A stretch of DNA of 64,000 nt, taken from Lama guanicoe (lineage: Eukaryota). How positions within the stretch are numbered: the stretch's first letter is position 1; each line of letters begins with the position of its first letter. Both the position numbers and the translations under genes were made by a program. The notes beneath the pieces were generated by a model that saw only the letters and a program-made list of their open reading frames with translations, had not been told where the DNA came from and ran no database searches. The stretch lies in contig MU054400.1 in NCBI GenBank assembly GCA_013239625.1, positions 4,155,802-4,219,801 of the forward strand. The letters are read 5' to 3'. This document shows positions 1 to 11,130 of this stretch, piece after piece.

Positions 1-652
1 GAAGGGTGGCTTGGGAGGTTGGGGGTATAAAGGATCCCAGGATGAACAGAAATATCATCCAGAGAACAAATTTTCTGTCCTCCCACTGATTGTCTTGCCT
101 TCCTTGTTCTTTTCTTTTTTGCTTTTGGTGTGTGAGAGAGAATAAAAGGAGTAAAGGAGAAAAGACAGAAAAAGAAAGGTGGATTCTCTTTGAAGGTCCC
201 CCGAAGCAAATCCCCTAGTTTCTGGGTCGGGATGGGATCACATCCCCCTGATCAGCGGGCCAGTGGTGCTGGCTAACAACCGCCACTCACACAGGGAGGT
301 CGAGGGGCAGGGTCTATAAAAAGAAAGCAGAGTTCTGCTCTTGCAGCCCCGCCCTGCCTCTACAACTGGCAGAAACTTGAAAACACTGGCTCCCAGGCCG
401 TTCAATTTTACAGATGAAGAAAATTTTTTAAATGAAAAAGAGAGAGAGAGAACTACAGAAGTCTGGAATGTTTTCAGGTTTCAAAGCCTCAACATTTAAA
501 AATTAAAAGTTTAAAACAACTGCTATTTACTCTCACCACTGCTTAACACAAGAAAAGAACATCTTTAACACCAAAAATGAACTAAGAATATATCCTTGGA
601 ATAAAGGAAAATCCTTTTAAGAAAATGGAAATTGCAGTTTCAACCTTGCAGG

Positions 653-654
<2 letters not shown>

Positions 655-699
<45 letters not shown>

Positions 700-720
700 C
701 ACCCATCCACTCATCCATCT
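655..720. repeat. (CT)n microsatellite followed by degenerate (CCAT)n
   Basis: Direct reading: about 20 CT units, then ccatccacccatccactcatccatc. Confidence 0.95.
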
Positions 721-1539
721 AGTTATCAAGTTGTTGTATGTCTGCCTAAACATTTATATGATACTGCGCTAATTTGCCCCATTTCTCTGTGGATCTTTCA
801 TCATGAGGATTTTAGAACCACGCCGTAGAGGTTGTCTATTATAAGTGTTAGTTTAAGGTGAATATTCTGAAACACAGAAATCAAGTGGCCTGTCTCATGA
901 TCGTACAGGTAGTGGCAGATCAGATCTAGGGCCAGTCATCAGATTTCTGGTCTTAAAACCAAATGCCACTGCCTGTCTCATCACTCTGTCATCAGCAAAG
1001 GGCACAGTCAGCATATTCAGGTATCTGTTGCAACAGGGCTCTTGTCCACTGGGCACCACCCGGAAACCCTGGGTGGCTGTTTCAGACATTCTCTTCTGTT
1101 ACATCCCCAGTCCTGTCTTCACTGATCTCATTCCTCTCCCTCCCTGACCACCCCTCGACATTGGCTCTGCTGGTTAAGGGTGCGCCCACATTGCTAGCGC
1201 CCCATCCCAGGATGGGGGAGGCAGGCAGTGCTTGCTGCCCCCTTCCCTCCATCCCACAGAGACACCAAGTCTTCTCAATCCCATCTCTGCAATGACTCTT
1301 ATATCTTGTCATTCCTCCCTGGCCCCAAAGATCTCACTCAGTCTTTTATCATTTCCTCTTCAGAATTGTTGCCATGGTTTCCTCCTTGGTCCTCCTCGCT
1401 CCAGGTGCTCTTTTTCTACCTAGTCTTTGAAACCAAATATTGAAAACAATAGTAACAAGAAACTAACAACAGCAGCAGGTCACTGTCAAGACTCCCCACT
1501 GCTTCCACTAGCAAAATCTCGGCCTCTCTCCTCCCAGAG

Positions 1540-2060
1540 CACCAGGTCTGAGTCTCACCCAGGCCACGTGCTTCTGACCTGTAAATATGCCATTCCTTTG
1601 GCCTGGAATGCCCTTCCTCTCATTCTCGGCTTTCAAAGCTCCCACTCCCCTTAATGCATTTCAAATGTCACTCCTAAGGCAACTTCATTTCTTTCTTCTC
1701 CAGCAGAATGAGTTTCTCTCTCCTTTGTGTCCCTGTAACTCTCAGCACACCTCTCCCCTTGAGTGAATATCACCAGATATCACGGCCGGTTGTGTATTCC
1801 TCCCCTAAGATAAATTGTGAGCTCATTGAAGGCAATATTTGGGGACCTTTTCTTTTTTTAATTTAATTTTATTACTATTATTTTTAATGGAGGTGCTGGG
1901 AATTGAATCCAAGACCTCGTGCATGCTAAGCACACACTCTACCACTGAGCTATACCCCGCTCCCCCAGGGGGCCTTTTCCATCACCATATCCTTTCCAGC
2001 ATCTAGTTCTGCGCCTGGCTCCGAGTGGGCCTTCGACTCAAATGGGTTGAATGAGTGACT
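1540..2060 (+). mobile_element. L2 LINE 3' fragment, interrupted by a SINE
   Basis: L2-like motifs gccattcctttggcctggaatgccc, tgtgagctcattgaaggc and terminal gttgaatgagtga; boundaries approximate. Confidence 0.6.
1852..1966 (-). mobile_element. tRNA-derived SINE, camelid Vic-1-like
   Basis: Minus strand reads ggggtatagctcagtggtagagtgtgtgcttagcatgcacgaggtcttggattcaattcccagcacctcc plus A-rich tail; A/B boxes present; near-TSD ggggaccttttc / gggggccttttc. Confidence 0.85.
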
Positions 2061-2648
2061 GAAAGTTCTAACCGCATCTTTTTTAAGAAGTGCAGAAGCA
2101 GACCTGGGAGGCTCTATAGGCTGGATTCAATGTCTGGATATTTAAGAACTGAGCAGGAAGAGATCCGAAGTGAGAAACTTGATTGGGTTTGTAGGCGAAT
2201 GTTCTCAGGCTCGAGCTTTCCTGCTGGCAGGCGAAATGCAGAATCTCCCCACTCTGAGAACGAAGCAGCGTCTTGTCAGTGGGGCCAACATGTCACCCAG
2301 ATTTCTTAGAGGGTTAAAGACCTCTGAGACAATCCACCTTAACCCTACCTTTCTTAGCTGCATTTGATCAAATGAAAATGAATAATTAACAACGAACAAA
2401 CTGGATTTTGATATCAAAAGCCTTTCATTCTTCTTTTCAAACGAATGCTAGAGAATAACAAAGAGTAAGACATTTGGATGCCATCTGACAGAGGTGACCC
2501 CGCACACGGGTGCAGAGACCCAGAGGACTCTGCACAGTTTCAGGAGGCAAGGTGGGAGGGTGGGTCTACTCTCTTATAATCTGATTCGATTACGGCGCAA
2601 GCAGCTTTCTATATGATGCTCTTAAAAATCAAAACCAAACACTCCAGT

Positions 2649-2769
2649 GGGGAAGGTACAGCTCAGTGGTAGAGTGTATGCTTGGCGTACATGAGGTCCT
2701 GGATACAATCCCTAGTGCCTCCGTTAAGGGGGGAATAAAGGAAAAACTTAAATTAAAAAAAGAATCACC
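2649..2769 (+). mobile_element. tRNA-derived SINE, camelid Vic-1-like
   Basis: ggggaaggtacagctcagtggtagagtgtatgcttggcgtacatgaggtcctggatacaatccc plus A-rich tail; perfect 16-bp TSD ccaaacactccagtgg at 2635-2650 and 2770-2785. Confidence 0.9.
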
Positions 2770-2791
2770 CCAAACACTCCAGTGGAAAGTA

Positions 2792-2995
2792 GTGGAAGAC
2801 CTAGGTTCCGATCTGAGCTCTGGTATCTAAGTGTGGTCAGGTCACTTCAATTCCATTAGCTTCGGTGTTCTCCGTAAAATGGGGATAATGACACATCCCT
2901 ACAGGATTATTTTGATGATGTAATAAGATCACATAAGTGACATAACTGGCTGGTGCCTGCAACATAGTGGGCACTCAATACATATATTAATTCCC
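2792..2995 (+). mobile_element. MIR SINE
   Basis: gacctaggttc...gtaaaatggggataatgac...gtgcctgcaacatagtgggcactcaata MIR core and 3' motifs. Confidence 0.75.
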
Positions 2996-3189
2996 GTTTA
3001 GACTAGGTAAGACAACTCAGGTAGAAGTTACAAGGAAACATCTGAAGGTCGTAAGTGACCTTGAGTTGAGTTCAACAGCAATGTTGGCAGAAAGGACACG
3101 CCATTCTCCAGGCTTGGTCAGTAAAATCCTCCTTTATAAGACTTCTGTTCCCCAACCCCCTGCCAGATCGTAAGGATGCTGCAGACGGG

Positions 3190-3350
3190 TCAGAGGCTGT
3201 AGGGGTTGGCAGAGTCACAAGACATAGAGAGCCTGGGTCCCTGAGTCACTTCGTGGAAAGCTGCCTGCTGAACTTTTATGAGAGTGAGAAACAAACTGCT
3301 ATCCTGTTAAGCCACCGAGGCTTGGGGTGGTTGGTGACAGCAGCCAGCAC
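3190..3350 (+). mobile_element. MLT1 (ERVL-MaLR) LTR 3' fragment
   Basis: cctgggtccctgagtcac...gtgagaaacaaact...ttaagccaccgaggcttggggtggttggtgacagcagc. Confidence 0.6.
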
Positions 3351-3879
3351 ACCCTGCTCAAGGCAGCCCTGCAAATATCACTGCTATGATGCTCTGTGCT
3401 TCTCAGATTCTTAACAGGGTGTTTAGTTCCTGTTTGGATATTTGTGTTCCAAAGGCAAAAAGAAGCTGGAGAAATGTGAGAGAAAATTAGTAAACATAGG
3501 AATAAAAAAGATGGCAAACTTATTCCTACAGAGACTTTATTTAGGAAAAAAGGGGCTGAGGGCAACTTTATTATACAAATCCCTTCCCATTCCAGCCTAT
3601 GTAGACCTGTATCTGGGCACCTGTTCTGAGTCTGTGCCAGTGGTTCTCAACCCCGGCTGCACATTGGAATCACCTGAAAGCTTTTCAAGCTCTGTGATGC
3701 CCAGAGCAATTCATTTATAATCACTGAGAGATCTGAAAGGGTGTGTGCATTTGAGAATCATCAATTTATGTAAATTGTAGGCCACTTCTTTTTATGACTT
3801 AGATTGTTCAGTGTCATAATATCAAATAGACATTTGCTTGGAGAATCAGACACACTAGGAAACTCCTTCACAGAAGTGG

Positions 3880-4115
3880 ATGGTGGAAAGGGTTTGGATT
3901 TGGGAGTCAGACGAACCTGGTTTGAAACCAAGTTTGAATTGCTGATCACTAGCTGATGGCCCTGAGGAAGTGACTTTATTGCTTTTGACCCTCTGTTTCC
4001 TCAGCTATAAAACGGGGATTCAACTGTATAGCCTAGAGGGTTGTGAGGAGAAAAATGAGCTTAAAGTCTGCACAGCTGGAAATAGAACAGATATTCAAGA
4101 AATGGTAGTTATTAT
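3880..4115 (+). mobile_element. MIR SINE
   Basis: ttgggagtcagacgaacctgg...ctctgtttcctcagctataaaacgggga...ggttgtgaggagaaaaatgag. Confidence 0.75.
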
Positions 4116-5724
4116 CATGCTCAGTGTTTATAAACAAAGAACGCCAAATTTATAAGCAATGCATTAAAATTGCTGCAGAAAGAGATCCCAAAAAGATTCT
4201 GGAAAAGAAGCAGTGGTAAATTGTAATTAACCAAACAGTGTTCATTATGATTATTTTAGGACACATAAAATACTGTTGACATTATCTTTACTGAGTGTCT
4301 TATCTTTATTGCTTTAGTTAATGGACATAAAAATATTTATAAGGATCACTAGTGACACTGGTCTTACAAACCCTATTTTTCCACACACCCCTGACTTATT
4401 CAACTTTTAATTCTCTTTTCAAGTACATTACCTTCCAGTTGAGGAGAAAATACTGCACTTTTTTTCATAAAGGCATAGTTTTTAAGAGGAGGATTAACCA
4501 AATCAGTCAACCCTTGGAGAGCAGGTCTTTGAAAAGCAGACCCTGGTGAGGTTCCTGAAGAGAATCAAGACACAGACCTTGTATTCCAGGAGCTTATAGG
4601 CTCCAAGGACTGGTTTTGGTGGTGGTGGTGCCTTGGTTGTTCTTCTGTTTAGTTTTATGTCTTTCCAAAATGGCAGCCAGTGATGCAAGTCCGTGCATGC
4701 TCAGTACCAAAGGAGAGGTGCAGAATCAGAGAAAGAGATGTTCACTTTGGTTTGGATGATTGAGGAGATTTCCCAAAGGAAATAAATAGCCCAGGGTTCA
4801 CACTCTCGGAGAAGCAGTCAAGGAAAGGATGGCCCAGGCATGTCTGGAGGACAGCAATAGAACCATTTCACCAGCAGCGTAGGAAGGGTTAACATGGAGG
4901 ACACAGTAGGAGATGAGGCTGGTCAGGCCATGGGGGCCAGATTGCAGGAGCACTGAATTCCAGACTTCTCTTTGCCACGTGCACATCTTCACAGTCCATG
5001 CAACTTCTCAAATGAGAAGGAACCACTTTCTGGGTGAGAGCTACTTGAGTAATAATTTGCCAATGAGAAGGAGGGTGATTCAAGGACCTAATGAAGGACA
5101 CCAAAATGTAATTACTAAAAAAATTATTTCTTATGGGAACTTTTGGTTTTGAATCCACCTTGGTCTCAAGTTCATAGGCAACAGAATAAGACACACACCT
5201 TGGCAAAGTTGATGTCTCCTAAGAGAGTGGAAGGGAAATTTTACCAACAGAACCTGTTATCATGTCAATTCCACCTTCCCACCCTGTTCATCATGCACAC
5301 ATGTTTTGAGATATTTACAACAGTCTCTTAAAAGGGTTGGAAGCACATTTATGCTAAAGTATAAATGACTGATAAAATGTCGATAACTTGGCATAGTTTA
5401 TGTTAGGAACCAAGATCAAAGCCTGAGCTGAGTCTTATTCAGAACTGGACTAAAGTATTTATGAGCATATATTATGTACAAGCCTTGAGCTATGGCTTAT
5501 TGGGAAGATGCTAAGATGGAGAAATCAAGGGGCCCGTTTGGTAGGATTTGGGAGTATTAAGGGATGGTAGATAAGTATAAATTACTCCAGCAAGACAGAA
5601 CATGTTAAGTTAGAACCAAATGCTCTGAGCTATTGTTGGAACAAATGAATTCCACCTGGGAGAATGGGAAGGGTAATCTGAGTGTACCTTAAAGGTTACT
5701 TAGGGTTTAAACATGCAGAATTTA

Positions 5725-5869
5725 GTATAGCATGAGGAACTATATTCAATATCTTGTAGTAAACAATGAAAAATAATATGAAAATGAATATATGTATGGC
5801 TGAAATATTATGCTGTACACTAGAAATCGACACATTGTAACTGATGCATTGTAACATACATAAAAAAAA
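5725..5869 (+). mobile_element. 5'-truncated artiodactyl-type L1 3' end
   Basis: gtatagcatgaggaactatattcaatatcttgta...gctgtacactagaaatcgacacattgtaactga followed by poly(A). Confidence 0.85.
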
Positions 5870-5879
5870 GCAAAAGCCG

Positions 5880-6185
5880 TTTTGTGGACTGACTATGGAG
5901 GAGACCACACGATGTGGACCCGAGGGAAGTCTCCACAAGCTGAGAGAGGTCCTCAGCTGAGAACCAACAAGAAAGTGGAGACCTCGGTCCTACAACCATA
6001 AGTAACTGAATTCTGTGAACAACACAAATGAGCTTGAAATAGGATCCTGAGCTCTAGATGAGAATGCAGCCCTGCTGACACCTTCATTTCAGCCTTATGA
6101 AACACTGAGCAGAGATTACAGAGCTATTCTCAGGTCTGTCTGACCTATGGAAACTGTAAGACAATTAATGTGTGTTGTTTTAAGC
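5880..6185 (+). mobile_element. MLT1 LTR fragment carried as an L1 3' transduction
   Basis: gatgagaatgcagccctgctgacaccttcatttcagccttatga...gaaactgtaagacaattaatgtgtgttgttttaagc, then poly(A) and the shared TSD. Confidence 0.7.
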
Positions 6186-7104
6186 AAAAAAAAAAATGCA
6201 GAATTTAAATATGTATGTAAAGCTATTCCAGGCAAATGGAACAACCTGAGTAACATTTAGTAAAAGAAAGGGGCAAATGTGTGTGGAATAGAGAAGATAA
6301 GTAATCTGTGTTACCAGCATGCAACAGTATGAGGCAATGTAAGGACAGTGACGGAAGGTCATGTAGGGATGATGAAACTGAGGGCTGTGAGTATCAGGCA
6401 AAAGCTTTGTTTCTGTGCCACAGGGCACCACAGTGAGTACCCGAGCTGCATGGGATGGTTTCTCCTCCATGGCAATTTCAGGCTTAAGAGTCAGTAAACT
6501 GGGGAGAATTTTTCAGAAGGAAACTGGGTGCATATTTTAGGATTTAGTCCTAAAATCATATTATATTAGGTATCTGCTATGCTCAATAATTTTTAGGACA
6601 TACAAATAGTGGAGTAAATATCAGGATACGATGGAAGGAGATTTGTCAATAACAGTGTAAGGAAAGGTACTTTATGAATTTAGACAGGAGGAAGTGTTGA
6701 ATTAGATGAGGAATCAGCATATCTCTGTGGGTCAGGTCAGGGGAGAAACAGGTATTCTTTGTTACTTTCTGGATCCCTTCTCATTCCCCTGCAGAATCCA
6801 AATACATACTCGCTGGGGTCTCTGTCTCTTCTCTTAAGAGAACAGTTGAAGGACGAAGTGGAAGTGACTGGGGTGGTAAGGCGTGGAGAGAAGCCAAATG
6901 GTTGCAGCTGGGACACACTGGTTTTGCAGGGAACTAAACAGTTCTCTTTCCAAGTGGAGTGAGGGGTCAATGAGTCTGGCTATCAGGGAGCCAAGCAGTG
7001 AATGCAGTCTCCAAAGCTGGTTGCACGTTCTGAACCGACAAGGGCCAAGCCCCACCCCAGACCAGTGACATCGGAAAGTTGCCCAGGTGACTCTAATATG
7101 CAGC

Positions 7105-7275
7105 TAGTGTGCAGGGGTCCTCCAAGTATGTCCCTCGATGGACAGTGCTGGCATCACCTGAAAACTTTGTTAGAGATGATAACCACGAGCCCTGTCCCAG
7201 TCCCACTGAATCAGGCACTCCAGGAGGTGGGGTCAATGATCTGTGTTTGCACAAGCCCGCCAGGGGATCCTCATG
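7105..7275. mobile_element. MER5A-like hAT-Charlie DNA element
   Basis: ggcatcacctgaaaactttgttagagat...actgaatcag...atctgtgtttgcacaagccc. Confidence 0.6.
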
Positions 7276-7455
7276 GAGGGTGCTGGTGTGGTACAAAGAC
7301 TTCCCAGTTTGGATCCAGAAGACCTGAATTCAAGTTCCCAGTTGTGCCTCTTTGGCAAGTGACTTAATATCCATAAACCCTAGATTCTCTGCAAAAGGGG
7401 GCCTTTATTTGTTAATTCAGCTTTTCTTGAGTGTCTGGCAGGCAATGGGGCTTTT

Positions 7456-7995
7456 TTTAGTGTGTAGAAATGGGATATTTATTTACTTAAAAAAATTTTT
7501 TATTGAACTGTAATTGATTTGCAATGTTAGTTTCAGGTGTACAAAAAAGGATTGAGTTATATATATACATACATATATATATATAGTTTCCTTTTCATTA
7601 TGGCTCATTATAAGAAATTGAATTAAGTTCCCTTTATTCAATGCTATACAGTTGGTCCTTGTTGTTTATCTATTTTATGTATAGTAATGTGTATCTATTA
7701 ATCCCATACTCCTAATCTATTCCTTCCCAACCTTCCCCCAGTAACCACAGTTTGTTTTCTATGTCCATGAGTCAATTTCTGGCTTGTAAATAAAATTTGT
7801 ATTTTTTTTTAGATTCCATATATAAGCAACATCACATACTATTTCTCTTTCTCTGACTTAGTGTGATAATATCTAAGTCTATCTATGTTGCTGCAAATGG
7901 CATTATTCCATTCTTTTTTAAGGCTAAGTAATATTCCATTGTATATATAGCACATCTTCTTTATCCAGTTATCTGTCGATGAACATGTCTTGGCT
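7456..7995 (-). mobile_element. 5'-truncated L1 3' end
   Basis: Reverse L1 3'UTR motifs (tagattccatatataag, atgttgctgcaaatggcattattcc); TSD aggcaatggggctttt (7440-7455) / aggcaatgggactatt (7996-8011). Confidence 0.85.
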
Positions 7996-8524
7996 AGGCA
8001 ATGGGACTATTAAGATGAGTTTAACATGACATCTGCCTTCAAGGAACACATACCTGCATCTTCGAATCTATATAGATGGTTTCCAGCTGTGGTAGCTAAA
8101 AAGAATACCTTTCTGTTAATAACATGAAGCAGAATTTTATCTCTGATTTTTAACCAAAACCAAGTTTGGTTGAAATCATCCAAAATACAACCTAGGGTCC
8201 CAGCTCTTCCAGCCTGTCTGAGAATGTTCTAGAAATAAGTCACAGTTGTAATGACTCACATATATGTAGCTCTGTGGAAGGACAGATGAGTTTTATTGTC
8301 CCTGATCTACACATGTGAAGACTGAGGCACCAAGATATGGAAGACATGAAATGATCTGTCTTCTCACTGTTCTAGAGCAATCTAGAGTCTCTAGAATTTT
8401 CATGGCGTATATTCTTGGCTTTTCACGGTTGAATCACATCTTTCCAAGGAGGAGGCATTAAGGGCTGCCCTGTAGGAGATAATCTCAGTCTTTGCTCTTC
8501 TTCAGTTTTTCTGGTCTAGGAGCA

Positions 8525-9174
8525 TGTTATAGGTTGAACTGGGTCCCTGTCAAAAGATATGTTGAAGTCCTTACCCCCTAGTATCTGGGACTGTGACTTC
8601 ATTTAGAAATAGGATCTTTGCAAACATAGTCGGCCCTCCTTATCCATGGGCTCCACATCTGTGCATTCAACCAAATGGGGATGGAAAAATACTACACTGG
8701 GTGTGCATGGTCGAATCCAAGGATGCGGATCCTGCAGATAGAGGAGACTGACTGTGAGGGACTTGAGCATCCTCAGATGTGGGGATCTGCGGGGCTCCTG
8801 GAACCAATCCCCTGCAGATCCTGAAGTTCAGCTGAGATCATTAGCATGTACCCTACTCCACAATTACTGGTATCTTTGAGCAAAGGGGAAACATGCACAC
8901 AGAGTCACACACAGAGGGACGATAGTGCAGAGATTTGTGGCACGAAGGCAGCCATGTGATGACAGAGGCAGAGACTGGAGTTATTCCCATGAGCCAAGGA
9001 AATCCCAGGGCTGGAAGAAGCAAGAAGAATCTTTCCCAGTAAGGCTTTGGAGGGCCCTGCCCACACCCTGAATTCAGACTTCTGGCCTCCAGAACCGTGA
9101 GGTAACTAATTTCTGTTGCTTTAAGCCATCCAGTTTATGGCACTTTGTTATGACAGTCTTAGGAAACCAATAAA
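8525..9174 (+). mobile_element. MLT1 (MaLR) LTR with nested DNA transposon
   Basis: Starts tgttataggttgaact..., ends gacttctggcctccagaaccgtgag...ttaagccatccagtttatggcactttgttatgacag...ggaaaccaata. Confidence 0.8.
8627..8822 (-). mobile_element. MER2/Tigger-family (TcMar) non-autonomous element nested in MLT1
   Basis: agtcggccctccttatcc... and gggacttgagcatcc...cctggaaccaatcccc match MER2-type termini. Confidence 0.7.
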
Positions 9175-11047
9175 GAACACCTGCTAGCTATTTTTGGAAA
9201 AAGTCTTATTAACTGAGTTGGAAATATAGCACATGGGACGAAAACACACTCAATTATGTTTTTCTTCTAAAAGCATCCAAATAGCTCACTAACCTCCAGA
9301 ACCCTAGCTAACGTCATCCTTTGAGTATAGGCTAGACTATCGTGATATGGTTTGAAGGGTGTCAGAGACCTCCTGTGCCCCTACAGTTTTCTTTTTTCAT
9401 GTCCTGCCATGAGAAATTCATCCCTTTGGGTTAAACATGGTCCATGTGCCAACCCCCTTTTAAAGTGCAGAAGGCTCTTGAGGTGGGGCAACTCGTCAAA
9501 GAATTAATATCTTTGTTCTCTGATTCCTGGGGGAGGGAGGTGGAGAAAAAGCCCCTGAAAGTGGAAAATGGGACCCAGAACTTGAGAGGGAACCCGGAAA
9601 TGAAACTCAGCCTTATTCCACCACCTTGTCCTGGGCTAGCCCTGAACATTTTAGAGGAACTTCAGCTCTGCTTTAATAATCTAATTACCGTAGAAATCCA
9701 AGAAATGTCCAATGCTTACTGGCCATCGTAAAGAAGGAGAGCAGTCATTGTAGGTTATTATAAGACTATCAACCTTTCCTTCTTGGTGTGCCTCCTGCTC
9801 TGCGTGTGTGTGAAAAATAATTCTTTTCTTCTCAGTCCCCAAGGGGATCCAGAGCAACACTTCCTCATAGCTAACGAGTTGTGTTTAGAGTTTGGAAATG
9901 TAACCCTAAGAGCTCTTGAGGATGGAGACGTGCAGACTTTTGCAATGGCGTTGGCTTAGGATTCAATCTGTTGAGGTTCTTTTAAGGGTCAAGATACATT
10001 TGTGTGAAGATAAAAGCAACCCAGTTGGCAGAGAAGAGAAGATGCTTTTTTCTCAAGGGGATTTTCGGGCTGTTGACCAAAGAACTGCTCTTTCATCCTT
10101 TCCTAAAGGGAGTTTCTGACAGCAGTCTTCAAATCAAGTGTTTCCAAATATTTATTGAGTCCAGGTTTTACTCATAAAATATTTCTAATCAGGAAATACA
10201 ACCAGATCTCACTCACATTCAGTTTTAGAAATAATTTCCAGGCAGTTGGGTTCACATCTAAACTATTGATTTGCTCCATCAGAGAGAGAAAGCAGAAAGA
10301 CTACGAAGTTATATACATTTTTTCAATATCTCGTGATCAGGTCACCAGTCTCTAGAGTTAAGTTATTCATACAAATGAGTCAGTTTTCAGGATCACAGCA
10401 GAGATTAGGAAGGGGTGTTTCAGTCCAAAAAGAAAAATCAAGACATGGGACAACATTACGGAGGAGAAAAATAAAATCGAAGAAAAAAATTCAGCATGAA
10501 ATGAAAGGAGAACCTGACTATGATCCCATTTCCCCATCTGAGCTTAGAAGATAAAAACTGTAATAAATTCATTCATCTACACCCACTTTAAATATCGGAG
10601 CCGATCAGCAGTTTCACTGATGTACGGCCAGACTTTGAAGTCTGTCTTAGCTCTCTGGAACTCGACCAGCCACTTTCCAGACCATGTAATGTATTGCAGA
10701 TCTTTCCACGTTATGCATTCCAGATGGCCACAGTAATTCTTTGTGCGTTTTCTCCTTTCTTATTTGGGTTACTGGGGTAATTTGGGAATAAAGCGTGCAT
10801 GCTGCAAAGTGAAAATTGACAAAGTTACTGCCCTGTATACCGCTCAGACCACGATGGATGTTAAAGAAACTGAAAGAGTTAAAAATATATATACAGTAAC
10901 TGGAGGGGGCGGGGAGAAAGGATGGAGGGAAGTCTCCGAAGCCGTTGTGTTTGCTGCTTGACAAATTCATGGCAATTTGGGGGAGTTACTAACCATTCTC
11001 CTTCCCGAAGCTCCCTTCGCCAACGTGCCATCACCTTGACCTTAAAG

Positions 11048-11130
11048 TTAGGTGACCATATATGATTTATCCACAAACTGAGATAAGTCTGAAAGTGAAA
11101 AGGATGCTATTAATAATTACACTCGGCTCA
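11048..11130 (+). mobile_element. MER94-like hAT-Blackjack fragment
   Basis: taggtgaccatatgatttatcc...gaaagtgaaaaggatgctattaataattac. Confidence 0.55.

Larger units (their letters stand above)
5440..6330 (-). mobile_element. Old L2 fragment split by the L1 insertion at 5709-6207
   Basis: Reverse L2 3' motif (aagtatttatgagcatatattatgtacaag) and continuation attccaggcaaatggaacaacc after the insertion. Confidence 0.5.

Noticed and set aside
721..867. Minus-strand exon after acceptor ttctgtgtttcag
   Set aside because: All three frames contain multiple stops, no donor was found and there is no phase-matched partner.
2649..2725. tRNA gene (A and B boxes present)
   Set aside because: It has an A-rich tail, a TSD and several diverged copies in the window, so it is a SINE.
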